Source: Chiloscyllium plagiosum
Lineage: Eukaryota
Length of the DNA stretch: 49,680 nucleotides
Assembly (NCBI RefSeq): GCF_004010195.1
Contig: NW_025214948.1
Span: forward strand, 6,508 to 56,187
Direction: 5' to 3'
Below are positions 26,938-39,655 of this stretch, one piece after another. A program made the translations under genes and the position numbers. The stretch's first letter is position 1, and each line of letters begins with the position of its first letter. The notes below the pieces were generated by a model. It saw only the letters and a list, made by a program, of their open reading frames with translations, was not told the DNA's origin and did no database searches.

Positions 26938-27330
26938 GTCATAGAGACATACAGCATGGAATTAGATCCTTTGGTCGAACTGGTCCATACCGACCACATA
27001 TCCCATCTTAATCTAGTCCCATTTGCCAACACTTGGCACATATCCCTCTACACCCTTCCTATTCACATACCCATCCAGATGCCAAATGGTGTAATTGTAC
27101 AAGCCTCCACCATTTCCCTGAACAGAAGATTCCATACTTGCACCAATCTCGGTGTGAAAAAAGTTGCCTCTAGGGTCCCTTTTAATTTTTTTCCCTCTCA
27201 CCTTAAACCCACACCCTCTCGTTCTAGACTCCCCAACCCCAGGGAAAAGACCTTGTCTATTTTTCCCATCCATACTCCTCAGGATTTTATAAAACTCTGA
27301 GGTCACCCCTCAGCATCCGATGCTTTTGGG
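26938..27330 (-). mobile_element. CR1 3' fragment
   Basis: YKILRSMDGKNRQGLFPGVGESRTRG..FKVRG..DPRGNFF. Confidence 0.88.
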
Positions 27331-27339
27331 AGGAGCCCA

Positions 27340-27626
27340 CTCATGTCACAATGGGGCCTGGGTGATTGTCAGCAGCTTCAGACCAATAGGAGAATTGGCG
27401 TGATCCTCCAGCCAATGGGAGTGAATTGGGGTGGGTCCAGCAGGCCAACATGTGGCCATGAGCTGTGCAGGCGCAGTGTCACGGGGAGGGGGACCTAGTA
27501 AGTGTGAAGAGAGTGGGAGAGACTGCAAAGTCTGAGGAAGAAATGGAGCTATTGTGGACTGGGAGGGTTTATAAACGCACGGTTTTAGGCTGCTAGACCT
27601 GAATTAGAAATTCCTTGTAAATTAGA
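27340..27626 (+). promoter_or_regulatory. Paralogous promoter module (5' half)
   Basis: GGGTGATTG..CAGC..GACCAAT and TCCTCCAGCCAAT..GTGAAT align with 10706-10800. Confidence 0.55.
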
Positions 27627-29690
27627 ACCAAAAGAACTGCAGATGCTGTAAATCTCTCACAGTAACCAAAAGGTACTGGAAAAGCTCAGCAGGTCTGGCA
27701 GCATCTGTGAAGAGAAATCAGAGTTAATGTTTTGGATCCGCTGACCCTTCCTCAGAACTGATGTTACTGAAAAGAAATGTCAGTTTATATGCAGAAGGTA
27801 GGGGTTAAGGAGTAAATGATAGGTGCTGATAGAGTCCAAAGAGATTGGAGCAGTTGGACAAAGGAGTGGATAATGATTTGGCTGGTGGAGGGTGAACAGC
27901 TGTTAATGGGGACTGTTAGTGGCAAACCATAGGTAATGTGTAATGGTAGGCTATGTGATAACAAGGCCTGGTATGTGGGGTAAAAGGCTAGGGTGCAAGG
28001 ACATTGGAGAGTTCAGAACCTAAAATTATTGAATTTGATACTGGGGCTAGAGGGGTGCAGGGTCCCCAAGTAGAAGATGAGTTGTTGTTCTTCCAGCTGG
28101 CGTTAACATGTGGCGCTGGAAAAGCACAGCAGGTCAGGCAGCATCTCAGGAGCAAGAGAATGGACATTTCGGGCATATTCCTTTAATCAGGAATACCGGG
28201 ATTGGTGGGGTAGTGGGAGTAGTAAGAGGGCTGAGAGATAAATAGAGGGATATGTGTGGTTGGTGGGAAGGGAGCTAGGAAGGCAATTGGTAGATGTAGG
28301 TGGACGGTAATGGAGAGAGGGTGGAGTGGATAATTGGAAAGGAAGCTGGACAGGTGGGACAGTTCAAGACTGTGGTGTCGAGTTGGAGGGTTGGATCTGG
28401 GATAAGGCAAGGGAGGGGAGATGAGGAAACCTTGATTCTGTGGTTAAAGGGTCCCAATGTGGAAGATGAGGTTTTCTTCCTCCAGGCGTCGGGTGGCTGT
28501 GATTTGGTGGTGGAGGTGGCCCAGGACTTGCATGTCCTTGGTGGAGTGGGTGGGAAAGTTGAAGTGGTCGGCCACAGGATGGTGGGGTTTGTTGGTGCAT
28601 GCATCGCAGAAATGTTCCCTGAAACATTCCGCAAGTTGGTGTCCTGACTCCCCAGTGGACAGGAGACCACATCGAAAGCAAAGGCCGTAATAGGTGAGGT
28701 GTTTGGATGTGCAGGAAAATTTCTGCTGGATTTGGAAAGTTCCTTTGGAGGTGAGGGAGGAGGTGTGGGCACAGGTTTTACACCTCTTGCATTGGCAAGT
28801 GTAGGGGCTGGGAGTGGGGTTGTTGGGGAGCATGGATCTGACTTGGAATTCACAGGGAATGGTCTCTGTGGAATGCTGAAAGGAATGGAGAGGGAAATAA
28901 AACTCTGGTGGGATCTGATTGTAGGTAGTGGAAATGGCGGAGGATGATGCATTGTACCTGGGTGGAAGGTGAGAACTGGGGGGGGGTTCTATACCTGCTG
29001 CAGTTGGAGAGGTGTGGTTCAATGGCAGAGGTGTGGCAAGTGGTGGAGATACACTGGAGAGTATTGTTGACCACATGGGAGGGGAAATTGCACTCCTTGA
29101 AATACGGGGTGTTTTAGTAGGTTTCTGGAGTGTTCTGCCAGCTTGCATCAATCTTCACTGGAACACTGCAGTAGGCATGAGACAGAGATGTTGGCCAGGC
29201 AACAGACTCGTGTGTTAAAGTGACACGCAACGGGAAGTTCAGGATCTGTTTTGCAGCAGAATATAGATCATCAGCTGCCATTTCCAGCACCTCCACTGAG
29301 ATGCTGCCAGACACAGGTTCCTGTCCCCAACATTAAGAACTATGCACCCTCCCAGCCAGATTGTTATCCACTCCTTTGTCTTTCCAAATGTTACTGACTC
29401 TTTTGGGCTCCATCCCCACCTATTATTTTCTCTTTAAACCCTATCTCCAAAGATATGCAGGTTAGGTGCATTGGCCCAGCTAAATTTCCCGTAGTGTTCA
29501 GGGATGTATAGGTTAGGTGCATTTGTCAGGGGAAATGTAGAATAATAGGGTCAGGGAATGGGTTTGGTTGAGAAACTCTTCAGAGGGTGGGTGTGGACTT
29601 GTTGGGCCGAATGACCTGTTATCACACTGTAGTGATTCTAATTTTCCCAGCTGCCGTCAGTTCTGAGGAAGGGTCACTGGACCTAGAAAG
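27627..29690 (-). mobile_element. Penelope-like element(s) with GIY-YIG domain and inverted terminal copies; nested second terminus at ~28110-28190 and SINE at ~29445-29640
   Basis: ORF 28444-29151: CKRCKTCAH..FSCTSKHLTYYGLCFRCGLLSTGESG..FREH..PVADHFN..RLEEENLIF. Hammerhead remnants at ~27722-27760 (-), ~28165-28193 (-) and 29658-29689 (+). Confidence 0.9.
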
Positions 29691-29699
29691 ACCCTTGGT

Positions 29700-29950
29700 G
29701 TGTGCAGGAGGAGGAAACGGGAAAGGGGAGTTGGATCCGGTTTAGACTGGGAGGGTTTAATTACACTTTGTACATGTAGTTAGGCCTGAATTAGAAACTC
29801 TTGGTCCCACGTTTACAGCAAATGGGAAAATGGCTGTGGCCCTCAGGTGGTGATATGTCCTGGGTTATGGCCACCATCTTTATTGGGGGCAAGGTACAGT
29901 GAGGCACATGGACATGTCCTCTTCCTGGGTGGGGGCGGGGTGATTGAAAG
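29700..29950 (+). promoter_or_regulatory. Paralogous promoter/exon-1 module (3' half)
   Basis: GTCCCACGTTTACAGCAAATGGGAAAATGG..CCACCATCTTTATTGGGG aligns with 11002-11078; GC box at 29931-29940. Confidence 0.55.
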
Positions 29951-30049
29951 AGGAGCATTTACACATCAAACACATACCAAGAGAAATATTTGTCTTTACT
30001 GTTCAGCCTGCACTGACTGTGAGTTTTGTTTCGTCAATTCATTTTATAG

Positions 30050-30220
30050 GATATTAATTGAGAATAATTGAGACAGGGATCTCAAAAGCAATTTTCTATT
30101 CATAACAGGGTAACCAGGATCTGAATACCATTGACATTTAACTGTGGAAGGAGAAAGGTGTGTCTGTTCTGTCTGTGGGAAATTATCTGGTTTATATTTC
30201 AAGCAAAAAGCAGAAAGATG
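30050..30220 (+). pseudogene. Truncated start of a C2H2 zinc-finger coding exon
   Basis: Acceptor CATTTTATAG at 30040-30049, then VEGERCVCSVCGK; homologous to the exon start at 33929. Confidence 0.5.
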
Positions 30221-30489
30221 TTCAAATTTGTGGTTGGATCACCCTTGGGGTTTGTGTTCAATTCTGGGCCCTGCAGCTGTGGAAGGAGTTATTGGCCTGA
30301 GAGGGAGCACAGAGTTATCCAAATTACACCTCATCTCTTTGTAAGAACACTCAGATTTAGACCCAATCACCCACTTCATGATGTTAACCTGTAAACTCCT
30401 TATTTTCAATTCCTGCAAACTTCTCATTATAATTCCTTATGGACTCAAATTCCAGCACATTTCAGGTGGAACGTTCCAGGTTCTGACAA

Positions 30490-30790
30490 CTGTCTGTTCA
30501 TTCAGAAAATGCTGAAGTCCTTGTTGACTCTGGGATTACAAAGGGTTGAATTGAGAGATGAGATGCTGTTCCTGAGCTCCCATTGAGATGCATTGGAGGT
30601 TGGGGCAGTGGAGGTGGGAGTAGACAATGAAAATGATAGGGATGCACTGTGGGTGCTGATTGGCTCAATGAGAGTGTTTTGGAGTTGGTTGCAAACAGAG
30701 CGAGGTGAGACAGGGAGAATGTGAACTACAGCTTCAGTCTTAGTGCAGGCCATTCAGAAATTGACATGGTCCCAATGGGAACAGCCAAGT
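30490..30790 (-). mobile_element. Old Penelope GIY-YIG fragment
   Basis: Remnants PRSVCNQ and QEQHLISQF resemble HLRSVC..EEQHLIF. Confidence 0.5.
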
Positions 30791-30954
30791 TGTAAGCGAT
30801 ACCTGCTGAGTTTTTTTTAAAAACAGTTTTTAAAGTATAAAATATCAGCTTAAGTAAACATCGGGACTTTTGATTATAATGGAAATGTTTGAAGAGAAGG
30901 AAGGTTACTAGCACATTTAAATTCTCCTAATGGGAGTAACTAACTGAAACGAGA

Positions 30955-31480
30955 GAGACATTGTGATCGGAGACCTCAGACCAGTGGTGTGCTCCTCTTG
31001 CACAATGTGGGAAATAAGGGACACTTCCTGTGTCCGTGACGGCAATGTGTGCAGGAAGACTGCCCGTCTGCAACTGCTGGGAAATTGCTTTTCAGACCTG
31101 GAGCTGAGAGTGGACTCACTGAGGAGCAATACTGAGAATGTTATGGAGAGCACGTTTAGTGAGTTCGTCAGACTGCAGGTGAGGGTTACACAGGCAGAAA
31201 GGGAATGGATGACCATCAGATCAAGTAAGAGGCTCAGGAAGGAAGTGCAGGACTCTCCACTGATCGCTCCGCTTCTCAAACAGATATTGTGCACAGCTTG
31301 GGATTTTATAAGGGGGGTGGACTCTCATGGGAAATCAGCAACAGATGATGACATGACACCACAGATAGCTCCGCTGCACAGAACGGGAGGAAGGAGAATG
31401 GCAGAGCTGTAGTGACAGGGGATGCAGTAGTCAGGGTCAGTGACAGGCGCGTCTGTGGCCACAGACATGAATCCAGGACA
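30955..31480 (+). mobile_element. CR1 ORF1 5' fragment
   Basis: VVCSSCTMWEIRD..NVCRK..LELRVDSL (Zn finger/leucine zipper), then AVVTGDAVVR (GDS esterase remnant). Confidence 0.88.
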
Positions 31481-31573
31481 GTGGAACTGAACCCAGGTCC
31501 ATTTATTGATAAGTGCACGGACCAATAAAGGTCAGCGTCCCAAATACAACCTTCAGCACTTGATCACCCTGAA

Positions 31574-32453
31574 NNNNNNNNNNNNNNNNNNNNNNNNNNN
31601 NNNNNNNNNNNNNNNNNNNNNNNNNNNNNNNNNNNNNNNNNNNNNNNNNNNNNNNNNNNNNNNNNNNNNNNNNNNNNNNNNNNNNNNNNNNNNNNNNNNN
31701 NNNNNNNNNNNNNNNNNNNNNNNNNNNNNNNNNNNNNNNNNNNNNNNNNNNNNNNNNNNNNNNNNNNNNNNNNNNNNNNNNNNNNNNNNNNNNNNNNNNN
31801 NNNNNNNNNNNNNNNNNNNNNNNNNNNNNNNNNNNNNNNNNNNNNNNNNNNNNNNNNNNNNNNNNNNNNNNNNNNNNNNNNNNNNNNNNNNNNNNNNNNN
31901 NNNNNNNNNNNNNNNNNNNNNNNNNNNNNNNNNNNNNNNNNNNNNNNNNNNNNNNNNNNNNNNNNNNNNNNNNNNNNNNNNNNNNNNNNNNNNNNNNNNN
32001 NNNNNNNNNNNNNNNNNNNNNNNNNNNNNNNNNNNNNNNNNNNNNNNNNNNNNNNNNNNNNNNNNNNNNNNNNNNNNNNNNNNNNNNNNNNNNNNNNNNN
32101 NNNNNNNNNNNNNNNNNNNNNNNNNNNNNNNNNNNNNNNNNNNNNNNNNNNNNNNNNNNNNNNNNNNNNNNNNNNNNNNNNNNNNNNNNNNNNNNNNNNN
32201 NNNNNNNNNNNNNNNNNNNNNNNNNNNNNNNNNNNNNNNNNNNNNNNNNNNNNNNNNNNNNNNNNNNNNNNNNNNNNNNNNNNNNNNNNNNNNNNNNNNN
32301 NNNNNNNNNNNNNNNNNNNNNNNNNNNNNNNNNNNNNNNNNNNNNNNNNNNNNNNNNNNNNNNNNNNNNNNNNNNNNNNNNNNNNNNNNNNNNNNNNNNN
32401 NNNNNNNNNNNNNNNNNNNNNNNNNNNNNNNNNNNNNNNNNNNNNNNNNNNNN
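31574..32453. other. Assembly gap (N run)
   Basis: Run of n. Confidence 1.
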
Positions 32454-33496
32454 CTGTGTATTGAGTCATGTTAATATAACCGACACAGGTAAGTTCCATT
32501 TGAAAGGCAGTCCCTATATCCCGAACCCCGCTCCCATCTGCTCTGTTTCCATCGCCATCATAGACAGTAAGTGGGAGGAGCTCATGGAGTTCCCTTGTGA
32601 GAGAGATTGAGGAAATCTTCCCTTCTTTCCACTAGCCCACCAAGAATTGGTGGTAGTGTCCTTTCCTCTGAACCAGGAGGATCGGGCTCAGAGTTGAGTA
32701 ACAGCATCTTTGAAAAGGCTGATTGGAAAACGTGCCCAAGCCACCAGGCCATATTGTCTTCCTGCTGTCCCTGCCTGAGCCTCCAAACAGAACCTTCCTG
32801 TAGTTTCTCTCCTGTCAGACTCTCCCATTTCTCAGTTTGTTCAGGGTCCCCTCCTGCTGCTGCACTGATCCTGTCCCTCACTGACCTGTCCATCCCCCAG
32901 TGTCCTCCACATTCATTCATTGTTTACAATCTCCAGCCCTGCCCCCTCCACCCTATTGGGCAGCAGCTGCTGTCAATCATCCAGCTTCGTGTGTGACCTG
33001 GAGCATGTGCTGTCGGAGGGGAGACCAGTGCACGGGCGCAGTTCTGGCCAATTGTTGGTGTATGTGCAAGGCTGGTCAGGACCAGGAGGGAGGCTATGCG
33101 TGTGTGGGATTAATCTGTCATTCGCAGTTTCCTTCCTCTGGGAACAGGACCCAGGGAAATGGCCCCTGCCCCTGATATCGTGACAAGTGGTCAGCTATCA
33201 GTGGGGGGAGCATTTTGCAGAAAGTTATCAGAACTCGTGTGAAGATTCAGGAATGTTATGGAGAGGAACACAGATGGTCCTGCAATTAAAGTTCTAATTT
33301 GGTTCATCTAGTTCAATCAGATATGACTTGGCCAGTGTGTGCAGGATGGTTCTCATCAGAGGGTCCGTGTGGGGGGAAATAAATAAAATGTTCCAGATTG
33401 GGGCAAAAACATCAGTTTGGTTCTGACCAGGCAGGAAACCTGGGAGGTGGGGGAAGGATTCACCAACATCCAGGAGGCTCCGAGTCAGACTCATTG

Positions 33497-33675
33497 ATTT
33501 GATTAGATTATATTTCCTCCAGTGTTGAAAAAGGCCCTTCGGCCCAACCAGTACACACCAACCTTCAGAAGAGTAACTCACCCAGACCTATTTCCCTCTG
33601 ACTAGTGCACCTAACGCTATGGCAATTTTGCATGGCCAATTCACTTGACCTGCGCATATTTGGATTGTTGGAGGA
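33497..33675 (-). mobile_element. HE1-type SINE 3' half
   Basis: GATTAGATTA..AGGCCCTTCGGCCCAAC..CATGGCCAATTCAC is the reverse complement of the SINE tail. Confidence 0.8.
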
Positions 33676-33928
33676 GACCTTTTTTTGGTTCTTAGTCTGC
33701 AGGCAGGAGCGAGGAAGCTGATTTCAAACAGAAGAGAGAGTGTGTGAGAATTGGGTGTGGAGGAAAAGGGTGAGGAGATTGGTTTGGATTTCAGTTCATA
33801 GAAAAGAGCAATTGTGAGACTGAGATTGAAAGCTTTGGGGGAACAAATGAAACTACAATTTAATACTATCACTGTCTTATGAATTTCCATCTTGTGTTAA
33901 CGGTGGTGACTTGATTTCTCTGTTGTAG

Positions 33929-34430
33929 GGTTCTGAAATGGCGAATTTGTGGATGAGAAATTCAAATTGAACTTTACGTTCCGTTATGATAGTCACTTGA
34001 TCCGTGCCGATCTGAATATCATTGGCCTTTTCATATGGAAGGAAAGGTGTGTATTCTGTCCATGGGCGAATATTTCAAATGTCAGTGTGACTGGAAACAT
34101 TACTGAGACACAGCCAAGTCCATGTTAGTGTGGTGACTGTGCAGAGAGAGTTCATTTGTTGTTAAAAGTCTGAAGAAACATGGCACATTTCCCAGGAACA
34201 ATTAAGCTATAGATTTGTTTTGTGTGAGGACAAATTTTTAATTAACCATGCAACCAGAAAGACACAAGGATGCCTGCACCATGGAAAATGCTATGAAAAC
34301 AGGATTGTCGTAAAGAGGTTAATTATCGATCATGGCTTGTAATCCATTGACGTTGTCACGTCGGTTCCAGTGCCATGGGGAAACACTGGAAATGTGATGA
34401 GTGCAGTGTAGGTTTCAGTTATTAACTGGA
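33929..34430 (+). pseudogene. C2H2 zinc-finger pseudogene exon
   Basis: Acceptor CTCTGTTGTAG, then decayed fingers (ERHKDACTME.., KEVNYRSWLVIH*RCH, MGKHWKCDECSVGFSY*) with stops and frameshifts. Confidence 0.7.
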
Positions 34431-34900
34431 AAAAGTGCATAAGAAATTTACAAGAATTTTTGGCATGACTCAGGGGTCTAAATTATAGGGAGAGGTTGGA
34501 CAAGCGAGGATTTTTTTCTTTTTTTGTTCAGAGCAGTGGAAACAGAGGGTGATCTTTTCTGGAAGTATATAAGACCATGAGAGGCTTGGGTAAGGTGAAT
34601 GCACTCCGTCTCTTTCCCAGGGAATCAAGGAGTGAGGGCATCAGTTTAAGGTCGGAGGAGAAATTGTGAAAGGGAACCTGAGGGTCAACAGTTCTACACA
34701 GAGGGTGATATATATATATGGAATGAGATGCCAGTGGAAGTGGTTGAGGTAAAAGGCATTTGGACAAATACATGGATAGTAAAGGGTCAGAAGCAGATGG
34801 GTCAAGTGCAAGGAAATGGGGTTAGCGTGGATGGACATTCTGGTCGGCATGGGCCAGTTTGGGCCAAAGGGCATGTCTCTGCTGTAGGACATTGACTCCA
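34430..34900 (+). mobile_element. CR1 3' fragment
   Basis: NYRERLDK, EVYKTMRGL and the CR1 tail GGGCCAAAGGGCATGTCTCTGCTGT. Confidence 0.85.
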
Positions 34901-34904
34901 AGTA

Positions 34905-36110
34905 TATTTACTATTTCTCACGCTATCTCTCATAGCACCCTGGGATGTATTCCATCCGAGCGTCGAGACTTGTCCACCTTTAGCTCCATTAACTTGCCCA
35001 GCTCTAACACTTTCATGATGATGGTTGTTTCTTGTTCCTCACCTTCCTCAGTTTCTTTATCAATTACTGGCATCTTCTTCGTGTTCTTCACTGTGACGAC
35101 TGACTGCTGTGAAGACTTCCTGAACCCTGCTGGATAGCAATAACTGGGCACAGAATTCTGAGAGGTCTTCTTTGAGTCTTTATTGATGGGACATAGCAGT
35201 TACCTGGATAGCGTACATGCAGAACACCTCCAGGCAGCATCAGGTAACTCCCCGCCTGTCCAATGTGCCGCTCCCATTCTTATATCTTTGTGGTTTTTGG
35301 TTTTGAATGGATGCTGTGTCTCAATATTATCTCCATGGAACTGGCAGTTAAAAAGTTGAGTTCAGCCCAGCACTGTGTGGTTAAACCACATACCACTCCC
35401 CCACGCCCCTGTGGCTCAGTCAGGTATCTGACAGGCACTTCAGTTTCAGTGGGGCTGTCTGTCAGGATTCTGATGTGGAAGAGCCGGTGTTGGAGGGGGG
35501 TGCGTAAAGTTAAAAACCACATAACACCAGGTTATAGTCCAACAGGTTTATTTGAAAGTACAAGCTTTTGGAGTGTGCTGTGAGTTTTAACTTGATCAGG
35601 ATTATCTCTATGGTAACGGTTAAGTGCTTCAACAATTACAGAGGCCATATGTTCCCCACACAACATGTTCCCCTCTAGCAGTGTAAACTGCTATTCTGGC
35701 CCTGGGGATAGCTACTAATCGCTTTTCTCCCCCAATCCCATCCAGCTTTCTGTTGATCTTTAAAGTTTTTCTAATCTCCTAGTTTCTCCTTGGTCTTTGC
35801 CAATTTGTATGCTTTCAATTTCAATTTGATAGACTCCCTTATTTCCTTAGCCACCCACGGCAGATTACTCCTTTTCCTACAGTCCTTCCGTTTCACTGAT
35901 ATATACTTTGGCTGAGCAGTTTGAAAAAATTCTTTGATATTCCTCCACTGTCTGTCAACTCTCCCACCCTAAAGTCTTTGCTTCAAGTCTACATTAGCCA
36001 ACTCCTGCCTCATCCTATTGTAGTCTCCTTTGTTTAAGCACTGGATCTTAGGATTTGATTTAATCTTCCCGCTTTCAAACTGTATTCTAAATTCAACCAT
36101 ACTTATCACA
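34905..36110 (-). mobile_element. Fragmented CR1 ORF2 (minus), with other inserts including a Penelope terminus at ~35470-35592
   Basis: KVLELGKLMELKVDKSRRSDGIHPRVL, and further CR1-like sequence at 35600-36110. Confidence 0.65.
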
Positions 36111-36279
36111 AGTCTTTTATCAGATTACGAGGTGAGGCGATGATACCTGGGTGTTTTGGTATTCATTGTCAGAGACCTTGGCTTTATAATAAAGTACAGG
36201 ATAGATATTCACAACAGAGTATTCTGGACGGTGTGAATGTCCTACACTGTCGAAAACCATAAATCACTGTCGCCCCTCA

Positions 36280-36458
36280 GTTTACATGATTTGGAGATAC
36301 CGATGTTGGATTGGGGTGTGCAAAGTTAAAAATCTCAACACCAGGTTATAGTCCCTCAGGTTTAATTGGAAGCGCACTTGATTTCGGAGCGTTGCTCCTT
36401 CATCATGATCCAATTAAATCTGTTGGACTAGAATCTGTCGTTGTGTGATTTTTAACTC
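36280..36458. mobile_element. Fold-back terminus of a second Penelope family with a hammerhead remnant
   Basis: AGTTAAAAATC..GGTTTAATTGG is inverted against CCAATTAAATC..GATTTTTAACT; the minus strand reads TGATGA-A-GGAGC-AAC-GCTCC-GAAA. Confidence 0.7.
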
Positions 36459-36861
36459 CCCTCAGTTTAACATTGCAAAATCATTTTCTCCTACATGCGT
36501 TTGCACTAAGTTTGGAACACGAATCCATCTGACTATCCTGCATTTTCCGAAAATGTCCTTTGGTGAAGGTGGTGAGTTTTGGATTCAGCTTTCCAGTTAT
36601 TACCGTAAGAAGATAAGCACTGGGCACAGGAGAGGCAATGCTGCCCTTCGAACCAGCTCCACCATTTGATACCATGATGATTGAGCTCACCTTGGTCTCA
36701 GCTGAATTTTCCCATCTGCTCCCTCTCTCACCCTTCAACTCATTGCAAATTTTACATCTGGATCTCTTCAGTAAATTTACTCATTGTCCTGGCATCCACT
36801 GCATTTTGAATAGGGAATTCCACAGATTCACAGCACATTGAGATAAGTACGTTCTTCTTCA

Positions 36862-37196
36862 TGAGAATAGAATAGAATCTCTACAGTGCAGAAACAGGGT
36901 ACTCGACCATGGAGTCCACACCAACCCTATAATGAGCATCGCATTCAGACACACCCATTCCCTGTATTTCCCATGGTTAATGGCTTTACCTGCACAGGCA
37001 GGGATACTGTGGGAATTTAGCATGGCCAATCCACTGAATCTGCACATCTTTGGACTGAGAGATGAAACTGGAGCACCCAGAGGAAACCCGCACAAACACG
37101 GGGAGAACGTGTAAACTCCACACAGTCGTCTAAGGCTGGAATGAAATCCAGGTCCCTGACGCTGTGAGTCAGCAATGCTAACCATTGAGCCACCTC
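36862..37196 (-). mobile_element. HE1-type SINE, next to a CR1 3' fragment at ~36620-36860
   Basis: Reverse complement begins GGTGGCTCAATGGTTAGCATTGCTGACTCACAGCG and ends in (ATTCT)n. Confidence 0.88.
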
Positions 37197-38053
37197 TGCT
37201 TAAAGACCTCTCCTCCTATTAAGCACCACACACCCCAGCTGGCGGAATCTATATTCCTTACATCAGAAAATCAGGTTGTGGAAGCAGATGCCTCAGTAAA
37301 ACCCAGTGACAGTCCATATATTCTGTGTGTCTGTATGGGGATCATATACACAACACCTTCCAGTCCACACTTTTCATTCACTTACCAGAGACAAGGCTCC
37401 AGTGGCTTCATGGGGACTACAACTCCCACAATCCCTGAGGCAGGGACCACACGTGTGCGGGGAAACCCCGGCACTGTACATGTACAGAATGTGGGCGGGT
37501 TTTGGAGCATGTGCTTTCGGGAAGTATACTTTGCGGAAAGTTTTTCACACTGCGATTGGCTGGAGGAGGAATGCATCTGCTGAAAGTATTGATTATTTGG
37601 GGGGTCAACGTGTCACTACACCAATGTCGGACCACTCTCCATCCCCAATTCATTGTAATGGTGGGAATCAACTAATAGGAAGCAAAGAAAGACCTGACCC
37701 ATTCTCCCAGACTGAAGGTTCCTCTTCTGTCCAGGATCTGCCACCTCCCTTTCTGTTTCCTTTTGTTTCATTCTGCTGTTACATTATTAACTTGCAGCAA
37801 CTGAAAGGAAAGGAAGTGATCCCAGAAAAGGTGCAGAGTCTAACCAGGGACGGGAAGTGGTGGCATGGATCTGTTTATCAGTTACTCCATGAGAATATGG
37901 AGGGTGTACGTTAGGGGGTAGCAGAGTCAGAATGATGGGAGAGAGTAAGTGGGCTGGTTGGTTACAGCTTTTGGGGAAGAAAGGGGAAAATATTCAAGAG
38001 CAACTAGAATTGTCTGTTCTGAATTTCTAATCTGTACTTATTCCTTTATACAG

Positions 38054-38190
38054 GGTGCTAGATGGTGAAGATTTGCAGACTGAAATCTCAAAATCATATG
38101 CCGATCGAGATTGAGTTAACCAGCATTTGAAGAACCAAAGATAGAGAATCACTCGGCCAAAATCTTGTAAACTCTCCTCACAGCATTGTC
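38054..38190 (+). pseudogene. Truncated start of another ZNF-type exon
   Basis: Acceptor TTCCTTTATACAG, then GGTGCTAGATGGTGAAGATTTGCAGACTGAAATCTCAAA, similar to 33929 onward. Preceded by a reverse-oriented promoter motif ATTGGCTGGAGGA at ~37556. Confidence 0.4.
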
Positions 38191-39337
38191 AGTCTCTCTG
38201 CACCAAATGGACTGTGAATGGTACAAGACAGCAGCTTACTACCATCTTCTCAAGGGTAACCAGAAATGGGGAATAAATGCTGGCTGAGCCAGTGATGCCC
38301 ATATCCTGGAAACGATTTATATCTCTAATTGCTGAACCCCGGTTGATGATACTGCAAGATGATGAGGGATGCTGAGTGCATCCTCCAGGAGGCAGCACTA
38401 TCACATTATCCCCGTCTACACCGACACAGTAATACAGCAACGTCACTGGAACAAAAGGCAGTGTAACCAAAGGAGGACTTAGATATAGTTCTTCGAGATA
38501 AAGTCATGAAAGGGGATTGGAACACAGCAGGAACAGGAAGCTGAGCTGGATGGTCAGCTGTTTCCCATTGAGTGGGGGAGCAGGATTGAAAGGCCGAATG
38601 GCCGCCTCCTGCTGCTATCTCCCAGGTGTGTATGTAGCCATGGAGCCTGGGTAGGAAGGAGAAGGCAGGGATTCTCCAGGAGATTGCACTTCCACAACAG
38701 TTTTCAGTGAGGGATGGTTTGATGGATTTTATTTAATATTTGTCTTTTACATTAAAAAAACAAATTTGCAAACCTTGTGTTAAAGATTATTCCACAATAA
38801 ATAAAAGTAAAAGAATTGAAACTATGTGAACATAACAGTTCTTAAAATTTCAAGTGCCCTTTAGAACAAAATCATGTCTATTCCCGGACACCATCACTTT
38901 CCAGTTACTCAAACTCCAGGGAAATATTCCCTCCCTTTCTGAACCTTTGGTTTGATTTAACTGCTTTTCAGTTCTCATTCTGTGAGGTGTGAAGCGTTCT
39001 TTTTCCCCCATTTCTCCTACTCAGAAATGTTATCACACACAGCTGAGCAACCTTCCCACCATCAAAATCATCATTACCCCATTTTGCTTTTGGTTAATAA
39101 CCCGCAATAACCAATTGAATATTTATAAACAAGGCTCATGACTGGCAAAGCAAACCGTTACAAGTGACAGAGTGAGAAGGGACGAAATCAAAGTAGAGTT
39201 GGGGGTGAGGGGGCAGCGACAGAGATAAAGCACTGTATCCCCTGCGGTGCCCACCTCTATCTGAAGGCATCGAGAGCATTGATACACACCACATGCTCCT
39301 TCTCCAAGGGCACCCTGCTGTGTAGCCTTTATTCTCA

Positions 39338-39655
39338 ATCATAGAATACAATCCCGACAGTGTGGAAGGAGAGCATTGGCCCATCAAATCCCACCAACCA
39401 TCTTAAAAACATCACGCCCAGAGCACTCCATCCCTGTAACACCTAATTTCCCATGACTGGTCCACCTAGTCTGCACAATCCTGGACACTGTGGACAATTC
39501 AGCATGACTGGACTGTCTAACCTGCACATCTTTGGGCTGTGGGAGGTACCCAAACACCTGGAGGGGACCACATTATCATGGGGAGAATGTGGGAACTCCA
39601 CATTGACGAAGGCTGGTCTCCAACCTTGTACGTGGTACTGTGAAACAGCAGTGCT
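39338..39655 (-). mobile_element. Old HE1-type SINE
   Basis: ACCTGCACATCTTTGGGCTGTGGGAGG..CTGTGAAACAGCAGTGCTA. Confidence 0.78.

Noticed and set aside
31506..32499. ORFs of 311-322 aa
   Set aside because: Almost entirely N.
32582..33183. Cluster of 87-129 aa ORFs
   Set aside because: No domain motifs were recognised; more likely ZNF 5' region or TE debris.
37185..37914. 132-aa and 202-aa ORFs
   Set aside because: They overlap a promoter-like region and show no recognisable protein signal.
38380..38398. CTCF-like motif CCTCCAGGAGGCAGCA
   Set aside because: A single short match is expected by chance in 50 kb; there is no supporting data.
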